A stretch of DNA of 64,000 nucleotides from the NCBI GenBank assembly GCA_016180965.1, contig JACPAF010000001.1:10111-74110 (forward strand). Reading direction: 5' to 3'. Shown here in pieces: positions 18,513 to 28,355 of this stretch (within the stretch, counting starts at the first letter, position 1; the number at the start of each line of letters is the position of its first letter). Below the pieces are notes generated by a model. It was not told where the DNA came from and did no database searches. It was given only the letters and a program-made list of their open reading frames with translations. Made by a program: the position numbers and the translations under genes. This DNA comes from Candidatus Aenigmatarchaeota archaeon (lineage in GTDB: Archaea; Aenigmatarchaeota; Aenigmatarchaeia; JACPZZ01).

Positions 18513-18733
18513 GCGGGGGTAGCCAAGCCCGGTCAAACTTGAGTGATGAGGTTAAGAAAACTGGCGCAACAACAAACTGACACATACATAGTATGTGTCT
18601 GGTTGCAATGCGCCTGTCTGAACAACCAATGACTAGAGGCGTCAGACTCAAGTTGAACTTTAGAAAAAAGTTTGATAGAAGAGGGAAATCTGATCTCCTA
18701 GCGAGTTCGTCGGTTCAAATCCGGCCCCCCGCA
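18513..18733 (+). tRNA. tRNA-Leu-CAA: tRNA-Leu(CAA) with D-loop intron (approx 18538-18635/7) and 37/38 intron (18653-18687)
   Basis: Exons join to GCGGGGGTAGCCAAGCCCGGTCAAA(GA)GGCGTCAGACTCAAGATCTGATCTCCTAGCGAGTTCGTCGGTTCAAATCCGGCCCCCCGCA, a typical archaeal class II tRNA-Leu. The D-loop intron has BHB core GTCA(18532-35)/TGAC(18630-33) with 3-nt bulges. Confidence 0.8.
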
Positions 18734-18821
18734 CTTTCCTTTCACTGAAAAAGCCATATTTAAACCTTGCAGAAACTCATTATTCAGTGAAAACTCAGAT
18801 AGAGTTGCGGAATTGGTGTCC

Positions 18822-19904
18822 ATGAAAGCATACCTAGGCTATTCGGTTGTCGGCGTGTTTGCGTTTAACCCAGCCGGCGCGCTATTGGACAAGGAGTTTT
18901 TCAAGAAAGACGCGAAACAGATCTCCATCAAATTAAACAACGTAAAAAACGAATTCCTGGACGAAGAACTTGTATTACTTAGAAGACTTGCAAAGAAAGG
19001 CGTAAACGAATTTTTCGGTGCATATCCCAAATCAGGCGAGTTCCAAATTGACCGCGATCCCGAATCTTTGGGCGAAAACAAAGCCAAAGGCGTTTTTCGT
19101 GAAATTGCGCTCACGGATAAGTGGGTTGTTTCGCAGGCCGAATTAAATAAAATCCTGTCAAGCGTCGGATCTGAGAGTTCCAAAGAAGAACTGCGCAACG
19201 TAGAAAAGGATAAAATAGGCATGCGCGTTGTCGGAATGATAGACGAGTTCAGCAGGAACATAAATACGCTTTCAGAACATTTGCGCGAGTGGTACGGTCT
19301 TTACTTCCCGGAGATCAACGGGCTGCTGAAGGACAATGAAAAATTCGTAATTTTCGTGGCGGATAAGACATTGCGCGGAAATTTTGAGCGCGACGGCAAG
19401 AAGTTAGACATAGAAACCGCCGGCATGGAATTCGACGAGAATGATTTAGAAAGCGTGAAACAAGCCGGTTTGACATTAAAACAAATGTATGTTGAGCGCA
19501 GGAATTTGGAAAATTATCTTGAAATACTGGGCAAAAAAATAATGCCGAATATGTCTGCAGTCGCAGGCGCATTGTTAGCGTTCAGGCTAGTATCACAGGC
19601 GGGCGGGTTGGATAAGATTGTAAAACTACCGTCGTCCACAATACAATTGCTCGGTGCCGAGAAAGCTTTATTCAGGTTTTTAAAGAAGCAGGGCAAGGCT
19701 CCGAAACACGGCATAATTTTCTACCATCCTGCCGTAATTTCAGCGCCGATACCAATACGCGGAAAAATAGCGCGTATTGTTGCGTCGAAAATAACCATGG
19801 CGGCAAGGATTGATTTCTATTCCGGCAACGACAAAAGTGCGGCTATGAAAGAAGAGTTGAACCATCTGGTAAATAATGCTTTGGCGCATTTTAGGGAAAA
19901 GTAG
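18822..19904 (+). CDS. nop5: Nop5 (Nop56/58) C/D box sRNP protein
   Basis: About 360 aa. NOP domain (LLGAEKALFRFLK...PKHGIIFYHP). Immediately upstream of fibrillarin. ATG at 18822; the track ORF starts at a TTG at 18813. Confidence 0.9.
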   Translation: MKAYLGYSVVGVFAFNPAGALLDKEFFKKDAKQISIKLNNVKNEFLDEELVLLRRLAKKGVNEFFGAYPKSGEFQIDRDPESLGENKAKGVFREIALTDKWVVSQAELNKILSSVGSESSKEELRNVEKDKIGMRVVGMIDEFSRNINTLSEHLREWYGLYFPEINGLLKDNEKFVIFVADKTLRGNFERDGKKLDIETAGMEFDENDLESVKQAGLTLKQMYVERRNLENYLEILGKKIMPNMSAVAGALLAFRLVSQAGGLDKIVKLPSSTIQLLGAEKALFRFLKKQGKAPKHGIIFYHPAVISAPIPIRGKIARIVASKITMAARIDFYSGNDKSAAMKEELNHLVNNALAHFREK

Positions 19905-19912
19905 TTGGTCAG

Positions 19913-20569
19913 ATGAAGTTAAAGGAAATTTTTCCGGGAGTCTTCCGTATAGACGGCCAGCTGGCTACAAAAAACCTGGTTAATGGAAGATCGTATTCCG
20001 AAAAAATAATAAAAATCAACGGCGAAGAGTACAGGACCTGGAACCCTGAAAAATCCAAAGCTGCTGCAGCAATTGAACGCGGGATAAAAAATTTCCCGAT
20101 AAATAAAGGCTCAAAAATCCTATATCTCGGGATTGCACAAGGCCAGACGGCTTCTTATTTTTCCGACATAATAGGCAACGACGGAATAATTTACGGGGTC
20201 GAATTTTCGGCGCGCGCGGTTAGCGATCTTGTCATCGCGTGTGAAAAAAGGGGAAATATAGTCCCCATAAAAGCGGACGCACGCAAGCCCGAGGATTATT
20301 CCTGGGTCGAAAAGGTCGACGTAATCTACGAAGATGTCGCGGATTCGGAACAAGTCGCTATATTGCTAAGGAACGTTGAGGCGTTCCTGAAAAAGGGCGG
20401 TTATGCAATGATAGGCATAAAGTCGAGAAGCATAGACGTAACGAAAGACCCAAAAAAGATTTTCGAAGAATCCCTGTCTGCCATAAAGGAAAAGATGGAA
20501 ATACTTGACTATGTTACTCTCGATCCGTTTGAAGTCGATCACGCATTTATAGTATGCAAATTAAGTTGA
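19913..20569 (+). CDS. flpA: Fibrillarin-like rRNA/tRNA 2'-O-methyltransferase
   Basis: 218 aa. EYRTWNP..SKAAAAI, ILYLGIAQGQTASY, VYGVEFS motifs. Confidence 0.9.
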   Translation: MKLKEIFPGVFRIDGQLATKNLVNGRSYSEKIIKINGEEYRTWNPEKSKAAAAIERGIKNFPINKGSKILYLGIAQGQTASYFSDIIGNDGIIYGVEFSARAVSDLVIACEKRGNIVPIKADARKPEDYSWVEKVDVIYEDVADSEQVAILLRNVEAFLKKGGYAMIGIKSRSIDVTKDPKKIFEESLSAIKEKMEILDYVTLDPFEVDHAFIVCKLS

Positions 20570-20573
20570 TAAA

Positions 20574-21371
20574 ATGAAACTGCTCCCCATTTTGGCAGCG
20601 GGTCTTCTTTTAATTCCGTTTTCTTCCGCAAGCTATATCACCATTAATTCGCAGTTGCCTGAAATATTTACCAATGAAAATTCCACTCCCGTGAAGCTCA
20701 CGATTTCCAACACCGGGGACGAGGGCGCGTTCTCCGTGCAAACTTCATTCAAGACGCCGGATGGGATAAATTTCCCCACGTTATTTGAAGCAAAAATGGA
20801 TCCGGACAGCCGGGTTGATAATTTTTTCAATATGAACATGACAGCAGAGTTAAAGCCGGGCAAATACCCGATCGTCACAATAACGGAATATTCCGATGCG
20901 AACAATTACCCGTTTTCCGCTATCTCTTACACATTTCTTGTGTACAATCACAGGACTTCTTCGGATGTCAACGGGCTCATAGATGACGTGCAAATACCCA
21001 AGGGCGGCAAATCAGGAACCAAATTAAAAATTGTTAACAGCGGACCTTCCGAAAAGGACGTCAAAATAACTTTATTCCTTCCAAAGGAATTATTCACATC
21101 CTCTTACACTGAGAATGTAACTCTGCACCCAAGCGAACAAAAATCGATCGGGATAGAAATATCTTCACTGTCCGCACTCCCAGGCAGCGCTTACACCATA
21201 CTGGCGTCGATAGAATACGACGATTCGGGATTGCATTACTCGTCATTTGCGCGCGGGCTTGCCACAATTTCCAAGAATGACGGGCTGTTCTCGAATTCTA
21301 TAACCGCAGTTTCAATTTTCATACTATCAGCATTAATTCTTTTGAAAAACCGAAAACCTAAGAGAAAGTGA
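20574..21371 (+). CDS. Secreted/anchored hypothetical protein (CARDB-like beta-rich)
   Basis: 265 aa. N-terminal signal, C-terminal TM plus KNRKPKRK tail. Confidence 0.55.
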   Translation: MKLLPILAAGLLLIPFSSASYITINSQLPEIFTNENSTPVKLTISNTGDEGAFSVQTSFKTPDGINFPTLFEAKMDPDSRVDNFFNMNMTAELKPGKYPIVTITEYSDANNYPFSAISYTFLVYNHRTSSDVNGLIDDVQIPKGGKSGTKLKIVNSGPSEKDVKITLFLPKELFTSSYTENVTLHPSEQKSIGIEISSLSALPGSAYTILASIEYDDSGLHYSSFARGLATISKNDGLFSNSITAVSIFILSALILLKNRKPKRK

Positions 21372-21375
21372 TCCC

Positions 21376-23466
21376 ATGGGCAAGAATTTTTTCATCGGAA
21401 TAGCCTCATTTGCCATAATATTTTCTTTTTTGTTTACACATTTTAAACCTGACCTGGTTTTTTCGGATACGACCGTCACCGGAGGCGATACAGGATCGCA
21501 TAATTACCTTTTTTATTACATGAAAAACAGCCTGCTGACAAACCTAAAATTAACGGGCTGGAGTCCGGACTGGTATTTAGGATTCCCGGCTTTCCAGTTT
21601 TATTTTCCCATTCCATATGCGTTAGGTTCCATACTTTCTAATTTTACACACATCAACATTGCGGTGAAAATAATAACACTTCTGGGAACTTTTCTGCTGC
21701 CCTTGGCTGCGTATTTTGCGATGAAGGCCATGGACTTCGAGGAGCCTGCTCCCTGCATAGCTGCGTTCCTTTCACTGATATTCCTTTTCATCGAATCCAA
21801 TTCGGTCTGGGGAGGCAACATACCCAGCACGCTTTCAGGCGAGTTTGCGTACAGCATCAGCTTTGCGCTGACGTTTTTATTTATTCCATCCATGTACGGT
21901 TCGGTGTCTCGGGGAAAATACGAGGTAAAGAATTCCATACTATTTTCACTTATTGTTCTGACCCACATTTACACGGCAATATTCTCGGCAGCGGCTTCTT
22001 TCCTGATTCTAATTTGCAACAACAAAACCAAGATGAGGGACAAGTTTCTAGTTCTGACGAAAACGTATTTCGTGTCCGCTTTGCTGGCCAGTTTCTGGGC
22101 GCTTCCTCTCCTTAATGACATACATTTCAAAACAGATTTCGGTTACAGGTGGACCATAGAAAGCATGTCCACCATATTTCCGGCAATTTATCTCCCAATA
22201 ATTATATTTTCCATTTTAGGAATAAAAAATGGTGCTGCTAAAAAAGACGCAAGGGTCCTGTTCCTAATTCACATCATGCTGCTAGCGGCAATTCTATACC
22301 TGGCTTCGCAGCTCATCGGGCTTGTTGACGTAAGATTTTTGCCGTTCATGCAGTTCGCGGGCGTACTGTTGGGCGCTTACGGATTGTCGCAACTGGTTAA
22401 AAATATAAAACCCAAAATTGCGGCCGTGTTGATAATAGGACTCCTGACAATATTGTGGGTCAACAACAACATCTCCTACATAGATGGGTGGATAGACTGG
22501 AATTACAGCGGATCCGAATCAAAAACTTCGTGGGCACAATTCAGCGAAATAAACGGTTTTCTGAAAAATTTGCCTTACGGAAGGATGTTCCACGAATATT
22601 CGCCGTCACATTCAAAATTCGGCACACCGCGCGCGTTTGAACTGTTGCCTATGTTTACGGGCAAGCCCACTATAGAAGGATTGACAATAGAATCCGGCCT
22701 GCTGGCCCCTTTTACGTTCTATCTGCAGTCCGAGCTTTCTGAATCGCCAACTTGCCCCATTCCAGGGCTAAAATGCTCCTACTTCGACCCAATAAACGGC
22801 ACAGAGCACCTGGAATTGTTCAATGTAAAATATGTGATAGCCACGTCGAATAAATTAAAAAATTCGTTGGACAATATGACACAATACGAAAAATTAAAAT
22901 CTTTCGATGACATATCGGTGTACGAATTGAACGACGGCCGTTATGCGTCTGTACCAAAATATGAACCGGTGGCCGTGATAACCGACGACTGGCGCAACGT
23001 TTCAATGTCATGGTTTAAGGACAAGTATATGCTTGATGTGCCGTTAGTCTTCATTAAAGAAAAGGACGACAGGTTTTCACAGATAATTTACGATTACGAA
23101 CCAGAGAAAATAAAAAAGGTTTCTATGAGCGATTGCCCATTGAATGAGACTTTCATGAACGAGAGTATAAAAATAACTACATCTTGCATCGGAAAACCAG
23201 TGCTGGTAAAGATTCCGTATTTTCCTGACTGGTCTGTGGTTGGTGCGGATAAAATATACCTCACGTCGCCAGGTTTTATGATGGTTTTTCCTGACCAAAC
23301 GACGGTTGAATTAAAATACGGTTCAACTTCAAATGTTGTTGGAAATGCGCTCACAATGTCCGGATTGGTTTTTGTTGGAATATATTTATTTTCTACCGTA
23401 TTTAGAAAAGAGTTTCAACAGTACGGCAGCGGCAAGCATGTTAAAAAGCATAAGCGGAATATTTAG
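21376..23466 (+). CDS. Large polytopic membrane protein, putative GT-C-type glycosyltransferase
   Basis: 696 aa. More than 10 TM segments, then a soluble C-terminal domain. N-terminal TGGDTGSHNY...WSPDWYLGFPAFQFYFP resembles predicted integral-membrane glycosyltransferases (assignment tentative). Confidence 0.5.
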   Translation: MGKNFFIGIASFAIIFSFLFTHFKPDLVFSDTTVTGGDTGSHNYLFYYMKNSLLTNLKLTGWSPDWYLGFPAFQFYFPIPYALGSILSNFTHINIAVKIITLLGTFLLPLAAYFAMKAMDFEEPAPCIAAFLSLIFLFIESNSVWGGNIPSTLSGEFAYSISFALTFLFIPSMYGSVSRGKYEVKNSILFSLIVLTHIYTAIFSAAASFLILICNNKTKMRDKFLVLTKTYFVSALLASFWALPLLNDIHFKTDFGYRWTIESMSTIFPAIYLPIIIFSILGIKNGAAKKDARVLFLIHIMLLAAILYLASQLIGLVDVRFLPFMQFAGVLLGAYGLSQLVKNIKPKIAAVLIIGLLTILWVNNNISYIDGWIDWNYSGSESKTSWAQFSEINGFLKNLPYGRMFHEYSPSHSKFGTPRAFELLPMFTGKPTIEGLTIESGLLAPFTFYLQSELSESPTCPIPGLKCSYFDPINGTEHLELFNVKYVIATSNKLKNSLDNMTQYEKLKSFDDISVYELNDGRYASVPKYEPVAVITDDWRNVSMSWFKDKYMLDVPLVFIKEKDDRFSQIIYDYEPEKIKKVSMSDCPLNETFMNESIKITTSCIGKPVLVKIPYFPDWSVVGADKIYLTSPGFMMVFPDQTTVELKYGSTSNVVGNALTMSGLVFVGIYLFSTVFRKEFQQYGSGKHVKKHKRNI

Positions 23467-24087
23467 GTAACTAAAGCTGGATTTTTTAATGTGTTTGGGC
23501 CGTACAAAAACTTCCTTTATACTCATTCCGCCCTTTTTCATCCTGTACAATATTTCTGCGTCAAATTCGAAACCCTTCCCAAAAATACGCCCGATTTTTT
23601 TTATCGCGCCCGATCGAAACAGTTTCAAGCCCGCTTGCGTGTCGTCGAATTCCAATCCCAATAGGAGTCTTGATATCGTGTTCCATAAACGCCCGAAAAT
23701 TTTCTTTGGAAAGCTTCCATCGACCTCACCGAATTTTTTTCCTTTCCATTTGGATGCGATCACGCAATCATAACCGTTTAATTCGCGTACCAGTCTGGAC
23801 AGGTCCGCAGGCCCGAACGCGCCGTCGGCGTCGGCGAATGCCACTAATTTTTTGGTCGCGTGTCTGACGCCTTCCATTACGGCGGCGCCTTTCCCTGATT
23901 TTTTTGGAAGGCGGATAACTTTTATTTTTTTGCTGCCCATTGATTTGGATATTCCATAAGTTTCGTCTTCCGAACCGTCGTCAACAACAATTATTTCAGC
24001 TTTCGGAAAGCTACGGGAAAATTCCAAGATTGTTTTTTTAATCACATCCGCTTCGTTGCGGGCGGGTATGATTATAGAAATTTCCAT
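23386..24087 (-). CDS. GT2-family glycosyltransferase (dolichyl-phosphate sugar synthase-like)
   Basis: 233 aa. IIIPARNE...VVDDGSEDET...DADG motifs. Its 3' end overlaps the convergent gene by 81 nt. Confidence 0.8.
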   Translation of the reverse strand: MEISIIIPARNEADVIKKTILEFSRSFPKAEIIVVDDGSEDETYGISKSMGSKKIKVIRLPKKSGKGAAVMEGVRHATKKLVAFADADGAFGPADLSRLVRELNGYDCVIASKWKGKKFGEVDGSFPKKIFGRLWNTISRLLLGLEFDDTQAGLKLFRSGAIKKIGRIFGKGFEFDAEILYRMKKGGMSIKEVFVRPKHIKKSSFSYLNIPLMLFNMLAAAVLLKLFSKYGRK

Positions 24088-24091
24088 GCGC

Positions 24092-25231
24092 TCACTTCTT
24101 TAACGGGGCAGGATACCTGGTGTTATTGTTTATCAACGCGTTCTTGAAAGCGACCCAGTCGCTTTTGCGTATCGAAGCTGCCGCGGCCTGGGGATGCCCG
24201 CCTCCGCGCGCGTCTTTCAAACCTGCAATACTTGCCTTTACCAAGCCGCCCAGCTCGGCTGTGCGCTGGTTCCTTAAACTACATCCTATGCGGTCTTCGG
24301 ATTCGCGACAAACAACTATTGTCATGCGCTGGAATTTGTCGGATATTATCGACGCAACTACGGATTCAATCCGCCGGTCCGTTTTTATAGTGTAGATTGC
24401 TATGTTTGCATTCGGGTTTAGCTCGGAATCTTTTTCGAAGTTTTGCACGAAGCGGCCGATAATTGCCTGCATTTCCGTGTGCCATTCTTTCAGTGTTTGC
24501 GCGGACAAGAACGCGTCAACATTGATTGCGCGGTCCATCACAATTCTCGCGGTTTCTATCCCATCTTCGTCCGAAGCTTTAGCAGACATGATATATTCGG
24601 AAGCTTTACCGTACTTTGTTTGCGAAAAATCTTTCTGGGTAGATGCTATTCTCCCGTAAATTGATGAGAAATCTTTCACTAAATCCTGGCAATTGTCGAT
24701 TCCATGATCGCCTATGGTTCCTATTAAAGAAACCCACGAATAATCTTTCGCAAGTTCTGCGCTTATTTTTCCGGCTATCTTGTGCATGATGTACGATGCC
24801 GGCAAGTACGCCGTCGCGTCCGCGAAGCGGGTGTTTATGTGGGTTATGTCCAGCATATTCAAATCCATGGATGCGGGGTGGTGGTCTATCACGATAATTT
24901 TCGTACCATATTTTTGTCTTATCATAACCAGCGGGTTTGCGTCTTGGTCGACGGCCATGTCAACGAATATCAAATAATCGGGCTGCAGTTCGGACAACGA
25001 ACGCATCAACGGAGGCGTGATTGCCGGAGTTCCGGGGTCGCATGGGATAATTTTAACTGACCCGCAACCAAGATGTTTCAATATCTTCGACGCCATTACA
25101 GCGGAACAAACGCCGTCAGAATCACGATGGTATACAACTACGGTCAAAGCGTTTTTCCTTATTTGCTTTAACCAGTTAGCAGCTTCCGTGTACAACGAAT
25201 CGAGGGTTTTCACAATTGCCACATACTCCAT
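24092..25231 (-). CDS. DHH/DHHA1 phosphoesterase (archaeal RecJ-like)
   Basis: 379 aa. HRDSDGVCS, VIDHHP, GGGHPQAAAA motifs. Confidence 0.75.
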   Translation of the reverse strand: MEYVAIVKTLDSLYTEAANWLKQIRKNALTVVVYHRDSDGVCSAVMASKILKHLGCGSVKIIPCDPGTPAITPPLMRSLSELQPDYLIFVDMAVDQDANPLVMIRQKYGTKIIVIDHHPASMDLNMLDITHINTRFADATAYLPASYIMHKIAGKISAELAKDYSWVSLIGTIGDHGIDNCQDLVKDFSSIYGRIASTQKDFSQTKYGKASEYIMSAKASDEDGIETARIVMDRAINVDAFLSAQTLKEWHTEMQAIIGRFVQNFEKDSELNPNANIAIYTIKTDRRIESVVASIISDKFQRMTIVVCRESEDRIGCSLRNQRTAELGGLVKASIAGLKDARGGGHPQAAAASIRKSDWVAFKNALINNNTRYPAPLKK

Positions 25232-25260
25232 TAGGAAAATTTGTTAATATATTCTTTTTT

Positions 25261-28113
25261 TTACGGTTTTACCAGATCAAACCCGAGGAAAATCTTCACG
25301 CCTTCAAACTCCAATGTATCCGAATTACCGTGTTCGCCGTATTCTATTTTCGCTGCGCCAACTGACTTCATTATTGTTTCTTCCCATTTTCTCAATGACC
25401 GCTCGGTTTTTGGATCGGAACGGATGAACAGCAAGATCGATTCGCCCACTTCCAGTTTTTTATCCTTTCTCATTGTTTGCACCTTGCGGACCAATTCCAT
25501 TACCATGCTTTCCTCGATAAGTTCGGCGTCCATGCGTACGTCCAGGAATATTTCCGTACCGCCCGCGGATTTTGATGCCATGTCCTTCTGCGGGTGAGGA
25601 GAAAATAACAATTCTTTTACGTTTCCGGAGTTCTTTATCACATTCACCGCGCCTTCGGATATGCTGTTCTTTTGCACAGAATCGTTTTCTTGTATAACCG
25701 CCTTTCTAAGGGGCCAGCGCAACCTGACGCTGTTCTCCTGCCGCAGCGCGTTTATGGATTCCACGGCCGAACGGACAAATTCCATTTCATCCTCTATATT
25801 GGAACTCGCGCCCCCATTGGATTCGGGCCAATCCTCAAGATGCACCGATTCCTTTTTGCCTGAAACCGATTGGTAGATTATTTCAGAGATGAACGGGCAT
25901 ATTGGAGCTAATACCAACACGAGCTTGCCAAAAACGTAATACATAGTGTAGAACGCAGCGTTTTTATCCGCGCCCTCGTATGTAGGCCACGCACGGTCTC
26001 GGATTAAACGAATGTACCATCTGCTGAAATCTTTCAATACGAAATCCCGAATTAACCGGACGGATTCCGATGCATTGTACGATTCGTTGCTTTTTTTGCA
26101 CGCCGCGACGACATTGTTTATCCTGGATATTATCCATTCGTCTTCAAAATTCAATTTATCGGGTTTGGGGACTTTTTTGCAGTACGACTCCATGAATGAG
26201 AAACTGTTCCACAATGTGTTCATGATATTCATGGATTCTTTTACCGATTCCATGTTAAACGCGAAATCTTCGCCCGTCGGCAGGCCCAAAAGGTACAGCC
26301 TCAAAGCATCTCTACCGTATTTTTCTATGACCTCCTCGGGCGTTATTACATTTCCCTTTGACTTGGACATTTTCGCGCCCTTCAAATCCAAAACCTTGCC
26401 GTGCAGGAGGACATTCTTGAAAGGCGTTTTGCCGAACGTAATCATGCTTGTTATTATCTGGGAATTCCACCAGCCTCGGAATTGGTCGGGCCCTTCTATG
26501 TTCAAATCCGCGGGCCATTTTTCCTTGAATGTTTTTTCGTCTTTCGGAAACCCTATCGAAGCCCATGACGCGACTCCGGAGTCGAACCATACATCAAGCA
26601 CGTCGGGTATGCGTTTCATTTTATTTCCGCACGTGCACTTGAAAAAAACTTCATCGATGTAAGGCCTGTGCAAATCCTCGATTTCGACATTGAGCTCTTT
26701 GGACGAGCCTATGACACGAACGCTGCCGCATTTTTCGCATTCCCATATCGGAAGCGGTATACCCCAATATCTCTGCCGGGATATGGGCCAGTCGCTCAGC
26801 GTGTTTAACCAACTGTCAAAATTATTCGATGCGAATTGCGGATACCAATTGACTTTCTTATTTTCTTCGATAAGTTTTTCACGTATCGCGCTCACGCGAA
26901 AAAACCATTGCGGAACCGCGATAAATAACAATGAAGAATCACAGCGCCAGCATTTCGGGTATTCGTGCGTCGTCGGCTCGACAGCGAACAACGCATTCTT
27001 TTCCCTGAGTTTTTCTATAATTTCCTTGTCAGCGTCTTTTGCGAACATGCCTTCCAACCAACCGGCCTCCGATTTAAATTTACCTCCCATAGTCAGCGGG
27101 GATAAAACGGGTAGGCTGTGTTTCATGCCTACGAGAAAATCTTCCTTTCCGTGTCCGGGAGCCATGTGAACCAGGCCCGTGCCTTCTTCCAATGTAACGT
27201 GCTGGTCAGACGGTACGACACGACCGACGATATTTTTCTGCAACGGCAAATCGTTTAACGGGTTATCATACTCCATCCCTACTAATTGGCTGCCTTTAAT
27301 GGTTCCGATAATTTCGAAATATTCTGTTTTGCCAACGAGAACTTTCTCGGCAAGCTCTTTTGCCAGGATTAATACATCCTTGCCGGACTTTGCGCGAACG
27401 TAATCGTAATTCGGGTTGACCATGATTCCCGTGTTTGACGGCAGAGTCCACGGAGTTGTTGTCCATATTAACAGGCTGTCGTTGCTGTTTTTCACCCTGA
27501 ATTTCACATAAACCGAGTTGTCGCGTACTTCTTTGTGTTCTATTTCGTTGAACGCCACAGCGGTTTCACAATGAGGGCATACATGGACCGGATAAGAACC
27601 TTTGTAGAGCAACCCGTTTTCGAAACCTTTCTTGAACGTGAACCAAGCGCCTTCTATATAACTTTTGCTCAATGTCAAATACGGATTATCCCAATCCATC
27701 CACACGCCCAAATTTTTAAATTGGTCGTTCATTATACCCATGAATTTTGTCGCGAATTTTTTGCATTCTTCATTGAATTTCCCTATCCCGAATTTTTCGA
27801 TGTCCGACTTCGTCCTAAAGTTAAGCTCTTTTTCGATTTTATTTTCTATCGGCAATCCGTGCGTATCGTAGCCCGGTTGCATCGAAACTTCATAGCCTAA
27901 CATGCTGAAAAACCGTATGAAAAAATCCTTCAGCGTTTTGTTCATGGCTGTTCCGAGATGTATGGAACCTGTTGCGTAGGGCGGGCCGTCGAGGAAATAG
28001 TATTTTTTTGCGCCTTTCCTATTTGAAGCGTACTTCCGAAAAATATCGGATTTTTTCCATGAATCCATTGTCTGCTTTTCCAGTTCCAGCGGATTGTAGG
28101 GCCCTCTTTTCAT
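25261..28113 (-). CDS. ileS: Isoleucyl-tRNA synthetase
   Basis: 950 aa. PPYATGSIHLGTAMNK (HIGH), DWPISRQRYWGIPLP, KMSKSKGN. Confidence 0.9.
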   Translation of the reverse strand: MKRGPYNPLELEKQTMDSWKKSDIFRKYASNRKGAKKYYFLDGPPYATGSIHLGTAMNKTLKDFFIRFFSMLGYEVSMQPGYDTHGLPIENKIEKELNFRTKSDIEKFGIGKFNEECKKFATKFMGIMNDQFKNLGVWMDWDNPYLTLSKSYIEGAWFTFKKGFENGLLYKGSYPVHVCPHCETAVAFNEIEHKEVRDNSVYVKFRVKNSNDSLLIWTTTPWTLPSNTGIMVNPNYDYVRAKSGKDVLILAKELAEKVLVGKTEYFEIIGTIKGSQLVGMEYDNPLNDLPLQKNIVGRVVPSDQHVTLEEGTGLVHMAPGHGKEDFLVGMKHSLPVLSPLTMGGKFKSEAGWLEGMFAKDADKEIIEKLREKNALFAVEPTTHEYPKCWRCDSSLLFIAVPQWFFRVSAIREKLIEENKKVNWYPQFASNNFDSWLNTLSDWPISRQRYWGIPLPIWECEKCGSVRVIGSSKELNVEIEDLHRPYIDEVFFKCTCGNKMKRIPDVLDVWFDSGVASWASIGFPKDEKTFKEKWPADLNIEGPDQFRGWWNSQIITSMITFGKTPFKNVLLHGKVLDLKGAKMSKSKGNVITPEEVIEKYGRDALRLYLLGLPTGEDFAFNMESVKESMNIMNTLWNSFSFMESYCKKVPKPDKLNFEDEWIISRINNVVAACKKSNESYNASESVRLIRDFVLKDFSRWYIRLIRDRAWPTYEGADKNAAFYTMYYVFGKLVLVLAPICPFISEIIYQSVSGKKESVHLEDWPESNGGASSNIEDEMEFVRSAVESINALRQENSVRLRWPLRKAVIQENDSVQKNSISEGAVNVIKNSGNVKELLFSPHPQKDMASKSAGGTEIFLDVRMDAELIEESMVMELVRKVQTMRKDKKLEVGESILLFIRSDPKTERSLRKWEETIMKSVGAAKIEYGEHGNSDTLEFEGVKIFLGFDLVKP

Positions 28114-28194
28114 AGGTGGTCACCGAACGAATAAAATAAATGGGATGAGTTTAGATTAATCTTTGACAATTCGACTAAAAAACTGGATTTGCCG

Positions 28195-28280
28195 ACTGAA
28201 GCATACCGTATACTGAATAGGAAACCTTGGTTTCCTATTTGAGAAAACCGTAGGTTTTCTCAATATCGGCATGCTTCTGG
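28195..28280. repeat. Free-standing composite hairpin element (family arms enclosing two extra hairpins)
   Basis: ACTGAAGCATACCGTATAC...ATATCGGCATGCTTCTGG arms enclose ATAGGAAACC-TTGG-TTTCCTAT and GAGAAAACC-GTAG-GTTTTCTC. Lies between divergent ileS and the PilT-like ATPase, with no tRNA nearby. Confidence 0.7.
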
Positions 28281-28355
28281 CTGCGCATCATCCGAATCAA
28301 GATGATTTGGCTTATAAAATATAAATATAGCGAAAAACATCACTTCTCAGATACA

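Noticed and set aside
18348-18536. 62-aa minus-strand ORF, plus the 110-aa minus-strand ORF at 40302-40634.
   Set aside because: Both are antisense to tRNA genes or their leader hairpins (tRNA-Leu, tRNA-Ser). They look like artefacts of GC-richer RNA genes.
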